Assembly: GCF_009914755.1 (NCBI RefSeq)
Contig: NC_060929.1
Reading direction: 5' to 3' (one strand)
DNA: 64,000 bases
DNA from: the human T2T-CHM13v2.0 reference genome, Homo sapiens
Shown: positions 54,601-64,000 of the stretch, one piece after another
How positions within the stretch are numbered: the first letter of the stretch is position 1
How the letters are laid out: the number at the start of each line of letters is the position of its first letter
Made by a program: the position numbers and the translations under genes
Notes under the pieces: model-generated
What the model was told of the DNA's origin: nothing
Seen by the model: only the letters and a program-made list of their open reading frames with translations
The model's database searches: none

Positions 54601-55369
54601 GAATAAGAACAAAAGCAGGAAGATGAGAAAGTACAGCTTATATTAATTGATCTGTGGACATTTACATGCATACATTTTTCAACATTAAGCATTTCCTGTG
54701 TAGTTTGTCATTGGTTTCTAAGTACTCACTTTAGTCGCTAAAGAACAAAGTGATTCCTCTATAGCTTGAGGTACCCTTGATGACCTTATAGAGCAGTCAC
54801 TCTGGGGTATGTTTAAAGACTTTGGGGAAGCCAGGGGCTTTCCTTCTCTTTGGTGTCTGCATTTACTTAGTGGGAAGCAGTGCATGTGTTCACACTTCTT
54901 ATTTAAAGCAAAAAATTTGCAACAGTTTTTGTCTTGTAACTAAAGTCTTTTCATATTTTAAAATTGCCATCGACTCTGTGTATAGAGTCACTAAAACCAG
55001 ATCTGGGTCAGTATGTTCTTGGGATCACATTTAAACTCAGGGACCACCACTCACCCAGCCTGGGAAGGGTCACGGCTTTATCAGTCACATACTTGAATCA
55101 GAATCAAAATAGTTTTCCTCTTAGCTTAGCCTTTTTCTCCCACATTTATCTGCATTCTCCTGTGTTGATTTCTTTGTGTTTTTGTAATCTACTTCTCTCT
55201 AAATTTTTTTTTTTGGCATACTTCCACTTTGTAGTCTGTCTCCATAAACCCGGGAAAATGGACACTTGCCTGTTTTATTTCTCTCAGTCTTTAAATCTGA
55301 TTGCTGCTCAACTGGTACGGCCGGTTCACATTACTCACTAACCCCCCTGTGGTGTAGTGCCCTGGTAAT

Positions 55370-55575
55370 AGCGGCCACTTATTAAATTCCTTACTAAGTG
55401 GCAGTCTTTGGGCTAGCTAATTCACATCATTTATTTCATTAATCCTCATTTTAATTCTTAAAGTGGATAATATTTGTTCGTAGATGAGGAAACTAAGGCT
55501 CAGGGAAATTAAGCAAAATTCTCAGCAAGCATCAGGGCAGAACATTCTAACACAGTCTACCTGCCTCTGAAGCCT
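55370..55575 (-). mobile_element. MIR
   Basis: tagatgaggaaactaaggctcagggaaattaag core. Confidence 0.75.
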
Positions 55576-55869
55576 CTTTCTCTGTATGATCCTTGAGATT
55601 CATGATGTGCAGTTAAAGTTGGGTGTATTAAAACAATTCACCATATAGAAAAAGGAATTGATAAATACATAGGGGGAATATAGATTCGAATAGCTGTATT
55701 GAGCAATAGGCAGTCATTTTGTTTAGACTACTGCCATAAGTGTTACTACAGCTCATCTCTCTTTTTCGTGTTTTTTTCTGTCACTGTGCTCAAAAAACAG
55801 GACTAGTGAAATACAGTTCAGAAATTACTTGCACCCACAGGATGAGCTTAGACAGCCTCCCATCTCTAC

Positions 55870-55985
55870 TTCCTTCTCTGCAGATGAGGAAACTGAGGAC
55901 AGGGGAGGCTAAGTCAGTGCCTGAGGTAACATAGATGAGGGTAAGGGAAGACTGGAAGATGAGTTCCTGACCTCTACCACGGTAT
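55870..55985 (-). mobile_element. MIR core fragment
   Basis: cagatgaggaaactgagg...gaggtaacatag. Confidence 0.7.
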
Positions 55986-56526
55986 GTTACCAAAACATAT
56001 GGAAATTCTTGTTGAGACAAAACTCAAGTCAATGCAATCCAATTGTGGATTATTGCAGAATTAGCTATAAAATACATGTAAATATCAGGTACAAAATTTT
56101 CTCCTCCATTTATTCATCATATTTACCCATTTCATCTCCTTTTTATTCTTATGTACAGAATTCTCATTCCATTCTCACATTTTCTCTTTGGCATCTGTAA
56201 CTGTTCAATTGTTTCTTAAGTGTCAATCTTAATATATAATATATTTATAACTTATTTATTTTTGCTAACTTCAGTAAGATGTGTTTATGTTTTTCTCTAC
56301 ACATCCTTTTATGTGGTTAGCCTTTGTGATACCATATTAGTGTTAGTGACTCTTTTGGAATTATTTCTAATGTTTGATTATTTTTGGCTTGTTAGCTCTG
56401 TCTTTTTTACTGCTTTGGTATTTTATATTAGCCTGTCATTTTATCATTGTTATGTAATCTATCATCATCCACTTTTTATTTCCATAAAACAAGCACTGTT
56501 GATGCATTTTGTCTTTCCTAAATATT

Positions 56527-56740
56527 AGCAGCATAGGTTCTATGGTTAAAATATGAGCTGTGGGCTCAATACTTGCCTCCATCAGTAGTTAGCTGGACAA
56601 CTGGATAACTGAGGGCAAGTTACTTAATCTATTACTTCTTCAGTTTCTTCAGCTGTAAAATGTGGATAATAATTATCTTATTTCATATATTTGTGAGGAT
56701 TAAATGAGATAACATATTTGAATCCATTATGTAAAAATGC
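56527..56740 (+). mobile_element. MIR
   Basis: gggcaagttacttaat...tcagtttcttcagctgtaaaatg...gtgaggattaaatgagataa. Confidence 0.8.
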
Positions 56741-57094
56741 ATTCTCAATTTTAAATTGTATCCCAAAACATTCATTTTGACCATATTCAAGAAACAGATA
56801 TTCTCCCCCTTTCTACATGTATATATTTTTTCACAGATATCTCTAGAACAATGATAAAAGATATATTTAGAATTCTTTATAATCCTACTACTATCTTACG
56901 AAATCAACTTAAATTTTTTTTTACATAATAATAATCATAGGATGGCTACATTTGGAATTCTCCTCGTTCATGCAATAATTATCATATTTCTTAAAATGTT
57001 AGATTTCAAAAGTATAATTTTAGTGCTATGTAATACTCCTAGGAGTTGATAATTTGCCATTTATCTTAATTTTACCCCTTGTCATTCAACATCT

Positions 57095-57300
57095 GTGTGG
57101 TGGCAGAAAGTGCATGGATTTTAGAGTTAACAGAGTTAGTTGATTTGAATACTGGTCAGGTAATATTCAGCAGGCTATTTAACGTCTCTGAGATTTACTT
57201 TTCTTATCTGTAAAAATGAGAATAATGATTTGTATCTCCCAGGATTATTTTATTTTGAAAAATTAATGCGGGCAAGGCTCTGACGCAAAGTATTTGCTGA
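57095..57300 (+). mobile_element. MIR
   Basis: atttaacgtctctgag...ttcttatctgtaaaaatgagaataat. Confidence 0.65.
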
Positions 57301-59155
57301 AATATTTCCCTCCCACCCCATTCCACAATGGTTCTTTTCCACCCTACTCTCACTCCAATTTTTGCTCAAATATTTTCTTAAATGGAAGATATGTTGGATA
57401 GTATTAAAGAAAAGAATTGGACTGGATATGTTATATTTTACTAAGATGCTATATTATCAATTTTAAACTGAGCTCAACTAGGAAATTCTTTTAAATGTTA
57501 CTCTTGTATTCAAAATTGATCTGGGATTTTTTACTTACTTCATAGTATTGAAATTAAGAAGTAATTATCTTACTTTGAAGCCATCATAGCAAAAACAAAC
57601 AAAAACTGAATTCCCATTCATACCATGTTACAAATCTATTTGATACAGTTATTATCTATTTAGTTATTTCATCTTCAAAGAAAAACTACAGGGGCAGATT
57701 TAGAAGTTTGTGGCTGTGCCGACATCTTTCCTACTATAAGTTCCAAAGGCAACATTCCAGTAGATTATTTCAACTTTATTATTTTAACATAAAAATAATT
57801 GCATCAGAATTTTCACAATAAATTCACAACTGGAATGGGTGATAATTATTCAGATCTGTTTCCTTACTTGCCAAGAGTGTATTGAGGTATCATTAATTCT
57901 CTATGTCATTTCTCAGAGGCTTTTCCAATTTTAAAAATATCTGATGGAATATAAGAACAAAGATTTACCACAAACTAACTTCCTGGAATTGCAAATGAAA
58001 TCACCAAACTATGTGAATGAATTTTGGATCCATGCCTAATGCTATTCAGCCACATCTTTTCTTTATCATGATTCTCTCTGAGAATGTCTCATTGCACAGG
58101 GCATTGAATAGCTTCCCTGGGTAGTTTTGTTTTGTTTTGTTTTTTCATCAGTAGTTTACCTAAAATACAAATGGCATTGAATTCGCAGTTAATAAAATAT
58201 ATTATATGGCACATTTTACTAGTGAAATGACATTAGAGTGAAATATTTTCATCTAAAATTATGTATAAGGATTGACTTAAGAATGGTTATTTCAGGCTAT
58301 TAGATAACAGAAGTTCCAGGAGATATACTATATGGTCAATTATTTGAAAGGTTAAAAATCCAATTTAATTGGGAATATTATTATATGATGATTATATTTA
58401 TTATTATATATGATTTATGTTAGAATCGTGCCTGAAAATTTTTGTTAAGCTTCCAAACTGGCACCGTTCATAGTAACCATCATAAGGAAGAGATAGTACA
58501 AGAATTGAAGCCCAGCCTCTGAAATATTCTGAGCCGAACTTGCAGTGACGTTCAACTTTCAGCTCCACAGCCTCTCTTGCAATCTTTTAGCAGCAGGCAC
58601 TGAATTACTGAGAGAAACGTAAGATTTATGTTTTTGAAGATAAATATAGGCATATATCTTCAAACTCATATTTCAGACACAAAGGGGTCAAAACATAGTG
58701 CACGTCTACTATCTTTCTTGAACTGTTCCTTCTTTCCTGGTCCAGGTGGTTTTCAGGTACAAGTGTAAGAAAGAGCAGTCAAGTGGTGTGATCTAAGGTG
58801 TATATAGGAGCCCTTCTCCCCCTCCCAGTTTACCTGAATTTCCCCCACCTGCTCTCTGGTACTTGAAATTCCCTTAATAAAGGACCTAGATTTAAATTCC
58901 ACACTTGAAGATAGAAATGGGGATCAAAACACAAATACTCCCTTTGAGAAAGAGCACATTGACTTAAAGTCACACTAAAATATCTGGTTATATCAGATCC
59001 TTGACTCAAAAGCAGGTTTGTTGTTCAGGTAGGGGGAGAACAAAATAAATAACTTCATAGAAGGAAGTATGTGTTAGCCGAGTTTTATAGCGAAGACTAT
59101 TTCCATTTGCCCACCTAAAAGCAAATTCATTTTAGCTACATTCAAGCGTCAGTCC

Positions 59156-59184
59156 CTTTATTTATTTATTTATTTATTTATTTT
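59156..59184. repeat. (TTTA)n microsatellite
   Basis: About six TTTA units. Confidence 0.9.
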
Positions 59185-59559
59185 TGGTAAATGTAATACT
59201 TCTCAAAAAGAGAGGTGAGAACATAATTTGCTCTGAATTATTGGATGCTCTAAGTGTATCTTAGTTTCCTAGGTTAGAAAAAAATTACACAGTACAACAC
59301 TGAGAATATAAGTGTGGCATTGTTGAGCCTCTGCTTAATAATCTATAAAGCGTTATGAAGAAACTTACAGATACCTGAAGACTAGATTCTTTTTTGAAAT
59401 TTGTAAGAAAGTAAATTCCACAAACTTGTTACTTGTCTTGGGAAAGATTCCAGAACAGATTATTAAAAGATTGGTTATAAGAGCTCAGAAAACAAGTGGG
59501 GAACTACTGGGTTTATGAAAAAAAGCACAACCAATTTTGGATTCATTCCCTTTTGGGAT

Positions 59560-60150
59560 TGTGGATCAGGGGCATGGTATGGACGTTGTGCTAAGTTCAG
59601 TAATGCATTTGATCAACTCTCTGGATATTGGTGGAAAAATTTGAGCTGAAAAATAGGACAGTGTTTAAATGAATTTATAACAAGTTAGAGAACTATGTGC
59701 AAAGATCATTGATTAAAATTAACTTATGTTATCTTTAGCCCTGCTCTATTCTGTATTTTCAGTTATGACCTTGATAAAGTTGTAGATGATATGAAACAGG
59801 AGGGTTATATATCACATGATGGAGTGAATACTCAAATTTGAGTGGCTGGCATTCTATAATGTCAAGCTTATAGTTAATAGAAGTAATTTAGAACCCCAAA
59901 TCTCACTGCACAATTTAAGGTGAATTAAATATGGCTTAAGAGCAACATGTGTGAGAAAGGCTTATGGGCAGAAGTACCAGAGGCACAATAAGCACAGGGA
60001 CAGGCTTGTTCTAACCTGTGCTGGTCTAACATGCTACGTGGTGTGTTCAAGACAGGACACCACATTTTAATAGATACACAGACAGGCAAACTATGTGTCC
60101 AAGGAGAGGGACTGAAGTAGTGAAAAAGCCTTGTGGTTTATATCATGTAA
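59560..60150 (+). mobile_element. L3/CR1 LINE remnant
   Basis: gcatttgat, tagccctgctctattc...atgaccttgat, atgtgtgagaaaggctt and accacatttta resemble the CR1/L3 RT region. Confidence 0.5.
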
Positions 60151-61458
60151 ATAATCTAAAATTTGGATATTCTTACCTTTGGAACTCTCTGATATGTAGG
60201 AGTTGTCATTTGTTGAACTACCATGCAGATTTTCTGGAACTTTTCTGAATTCAGGGAAGTTTTCATTCCTTGTAGAACAGTAGCATTCTTCCTATTCATT
60301 GTGGACTAGGAGAAGTTGGAGAACACAGCTCTGACGAGTTAGAGAAAACATTCTTTGCTTCTCTAAGAACAAAAACAGAACAGAGAGAATGCATGGATCG
60401 ACTGTATATCTAAAAGCAGTGGAGAAATCCAAATTTTAAGTTTCATGTTGAATTATTAACAACTCTTATTAAATTATATTATTCAGTGATTTCTGCCATG
60501 GGAATTTCCAGTTAATTTTTTCTGTGTAATTCCATTGTTAATCTGAAGGTTCTGTGAATACACTCAGAATATCTTAAGTAAAATTTTTAATTGAATTATT
60601 TTTATTTCTAATGAGTAATGATGATGTAAATGTTTTTCAAAGGATTTAAGAGTTTATATTTCATACAAAGACCACAGGAAAAAACCTGGAAAGTTTGATG
60701 TGGCCCATTTCTGGAACTGCAAAACCAAATCCTGTTTAAAAAAATGAAAAGCCAAAACATTTTGGCTTGGGTATTTTTTTAACCTCTGTCAACTTAAGGG
60801 AACTTCATTTAAAAATATAATTTGGAAACACATACTAGCCACTTGATAGCACAAAAAGGAACAGAATGGTGATAAATAGCAGCAATTAGAGAACTTGTCA
60901 TTCGAGAGTCTGCAAGGTAAAATATTAGCAACCAGAAAATATAAAGTTACATGTCCTTTTGTTGCTGGCACCACTGAAAGAAGAAAAAGGAACTGGGAAA
61001 ATAAAAGAATAAGGTCTTCGCAATTTTGTGGCTTGGGTTACTAAGCACTTACAATAAATAAAGCTTAAAACACAAGCACATCATTTAAGAAAGTTATGCA
61101 TTAAAACTCAAAAGAACCTTCTGGAGTAAATCACTGTTTTTCCAGAGGTTGAAGTAAATTATTTTGTAGGAACAAAATTAGTTTGTAGGAACAAAGTACT
61201 CTAAATGATTTGATCCTTCAGAGCAGTCATATTTGTTTGTTTGAGCCACAACTCAAAGCATTCAACTGATTGGTTGATAAGATAAAGCTACAGGTTGAGT
61301 AGGAATCAATTAAAAGTGTACAGATGAAGCTTATGTGTTCATTTTCTTTTTATATTTAAGTGTCATCACGGTTAGAAATGGAATGATAGATCTAGATATA
61401 AAATTCTTCTGATAGATACTGAACGTATTCCTGGATTGTCAAAAAAGAAAGGATTAGT

Positions 61459-61574
61459 TGAGCTCCCTGGCTGATGCCTATAATCATAAGTGCTTTGGGA
61501 GGACAAGGCGGGAGGATTGCTTGAGGCCAGGAGTTGGAGGCAAGCCTGGGCAACATAGTGAGACCCATCTCTAC

Positions 61575-61634
<60 letters not shown>

Positions 61635-61640
61635 AGCCAG
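61459..61640 (+). mobile_element. AluJ left arm, A57 linker and a stub of the right arm
   Basis: ggaggattgcttgaggccaggagtt...cctgggcaacatagtgagaccc...(A)57 ttagccag. Confidence 0.88.
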
Positions 61641-62059
61641 AGGCAATACTCTGAAATGATGAAAATGTTACCATTAATTAAAAAAAATTCCCGGATGTTT
61701 TAGGACATTGCAGTTTTTTAGAAACTACGATAAACTTGGTAAAGCATTTGAGAGGTAAATAAATTTAGTGGAAGACAGATGAGAAGTATGCTTCAATTAA
61801 AAAATATAGTCAGTGCTTGGCAAATTCATATAATAATTCTCAAATGAATAGTATTACAAAGATAAATATGTAGCAGAATTATTTATCAACAGGTATCTTG
61901 GATCTTGAGAACAAATTGTCTTATGAATATGCAATAATTTCCAATAAATCTCAATTTCTAACATTTAGAAAATCTTGAAGTATATAAACAGGAAACTGTA
62001 TGAAATATAATTGCACAATATAAGAAATATTCATGAAGTCAATTCCTACGGAATTCCTC

Positions 62060-63830
62060 TCAGGTCATGAAATCATGGCTAGTACCCCAGAAGTCCTCTG
62101 TACCTTCCACCTGATGACGAACTCTTCTCAATTTTAGTTATAGGCATTCTGTTGCTTTCCTTTATAGGTTTGCCCTCTCTGTGTGCATTTTTAAACACTA
62201 TAATTTAGTTTTAGGTCTTTTTTATGTTTATACAACAGAATTATAGTGCATGCATTTGTTTCTAGCTTCATTTGCTCAATGTTATGTTTGTGAGAATCTT
62301 TTATATTTTGGGAAGTACCTGTAGTAAGGATTATTATTTTTGCATAATATACCATTGTGTATACCACAATGAATGTGTATTTCATTATCATTGGATATTT
62401 GGTTTTTTTCTAACTTTTCAGCTACCACGATCAATTTAGCTATGAATATTCTTGTTTGTGTACCTTTGATCACATGTGTATAAGTTTCTTTAGGGAACAG
62501 ACCTAGAATGAAATTGCTGAGTAATAGGATATGCATATTTTCAACTCTATTAGATGACGACAGGTTTTAGCCCAAGTGCTTATACCAATGGACATACCAT
62601 AACAGTTTCTGAGAGTTCCCATTGATACTCATGCTTGCTAGCATTTGGTTTTGCCAGACATTTTAATATTCTCTTATTGAGGATATCATGGTCTTACTGT
62701 GGTCTTAATTTGCATTTCCCTACAGTAAGTTTGGACACTTTTCATGTATTTATTAGCTATTTGAATCTCCTCTTTTAGATGTGTCCATTCAAGTGTTTCA
62801 TCTATGTGTGTGTTGTGGGGAGCATTTTTCACCTTTTTCATTTTTATTTGTAAGAGTTCTTTATATATTTGTGATACTAGCCTTTTGTCAATTTTAAGTG
62901 CTGAAAACAAACAGATGCCAAAAAGTAAAAACAACAGCAATAACAACAAATCATCAGTGGCTTTTCTTTTTCATCTTACGGTATCCTTTGATGAAGAAAA
63001 TTCTTAATTTTAATGTCACATTTAGCCATTTTCTTCTTTAAAAATAGTGTTTCTTTTCTCTTTTAATATGCTTTCCCTATCCAATAATCATGAATGTATT
63101 TTTCTATGTTACCTTCTTAAAGTTCCCTTCTTCTAATCTCTGAAAGGGTTTGTATAGGTTTGAATTTGTTCTTTAGATTTTTGGTAAAACCCCTTGAGAA
63201 AGACAACTGAGTTTACAGTCATTTTTGTGAGAAAATCTTGAAGTATTGGTTCATTATACTTAATGGTTACAAGACTGTTTAGACTTCTATTTCTCTTTGA
63301 GTCAGTTCTTTCGAATTATATTTTCCAGGAATTTACCAACCTCACCTGTATTTTCCTTTATTGCTAAGGTTTTTTTTTTTTTTCATTCTTTAATATCTTT
63401 TCATATCTGGAACACTTCCAGTAAGGTATCTTTTAAAAATATTGTTACTGGGTGTTTATTCATTCTCTGTTTCATTGGTCCTTATAATCTCACAATACTT
63501 TGTCAGTTGTTCTTTTTAGAAACCAAACTTTTGACTTTATTTTTCTCACGTTTGTCTTCCTTTTCACTAAGTTTGTCTTTCTCTTTATTACTTTCTTTCT
63601 TTTAATTTTTGGGGGTTTAGCTTGTTAACTTTGTATGTATGAACTATATGCTTAGCACATTAATTTCAAATTCTCTTAATTGATATACTGTTTTCTTTAT
63701 TAATTAGTTAAAATATTTTATACTGTATAATTTTTTACTGTTCTATGTGTTATCAAGAAATATGTTTCTTATTTTCAATCTGTATTATGTTTTTTTCAAA
63801 CATAGTGCAACGTAATACTTGGCAATACAT
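62060..63830 (-). mobile_element. Old L1ME-like fragments (3' UTR and ORF2)
   Basis: LVSQIYKELLQI...IQIANKYMK...REMQIKTT peptide; gaattatagtgcatgcatttg, cctagaatgaaattgctgag. Confidence 0.8.
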
Positions 63831-64000
63831 TCAGTTTATGAATAAATAATCACTTTGACCCTTCAAATTATTGAATTGGAAAAAAATTAAGAAGATAAAT
63901 TAGAAAAATTGTTACTTTTTTTTCTCATGGAGGTTATAATTGTCAAAAATATAAAAGTCAAACTACATGAAACTCTGAAATGCACATTCTCTGACCACAT

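Noticed and set aside
58632-58664. Hairpin TTTGAAGATA...TATCTTCAAA (a similar one lies at 45392-45415)
   Set aside because: Short AT-rich stems are expected by chance in 64 kb and are too short for a miRNA precursor.
61156-61193. 19-bp tandem duplication (similar ones near 3322-3344 and 32025-32066)
   Set aside because: Ordinary slippage duplications with no further structure.

Overview
Primate (human-like) AT-rich, gene-poor nuclear DNA made largely of interspersed repeats. I can support no host protein-coding gene, RNA gene, CpG island or CRISPR array. The recognisable ORFs in the track are decayed retroelement frames (ERVL gag/pol/dUTPase, L1 ORF1/ORF2, MaLR internal ORF, HERV-H gag) or Alu/LTR read-throughs; the rest look like chance ORFs. 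Main elements: an internally deleted two-LTR ERVL provirus (3630-8765) nested in an MLT1 LTR; a full-length L1PA7-like LINE (22859-29297) nested in an MST LTR; a THE1D element (32261-34761) nested in an old L1M; a second, rearranged ERVL (38581-42941); and a 1-kb HERV-H/LTR7 mini-provirus (43179-44196) inside an AluJ. I found no new functional system. The most unusual signals are molecular fossils: (1) the HERV-H primer-binding site extends 7 nt past the normal 18 nt into the T-loop of tRNA-His and joins directly to late gag; (2) the THE1D 3' LTR contains a pasted copy of the 5' LTR plus its genomic flank; (3) the second ERVL has an in-place pol inversion and a displaced integrase duplication. 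Family and subfamily names come from recalled consensus sequences and need RepeatMasker/Dfam confirmation.
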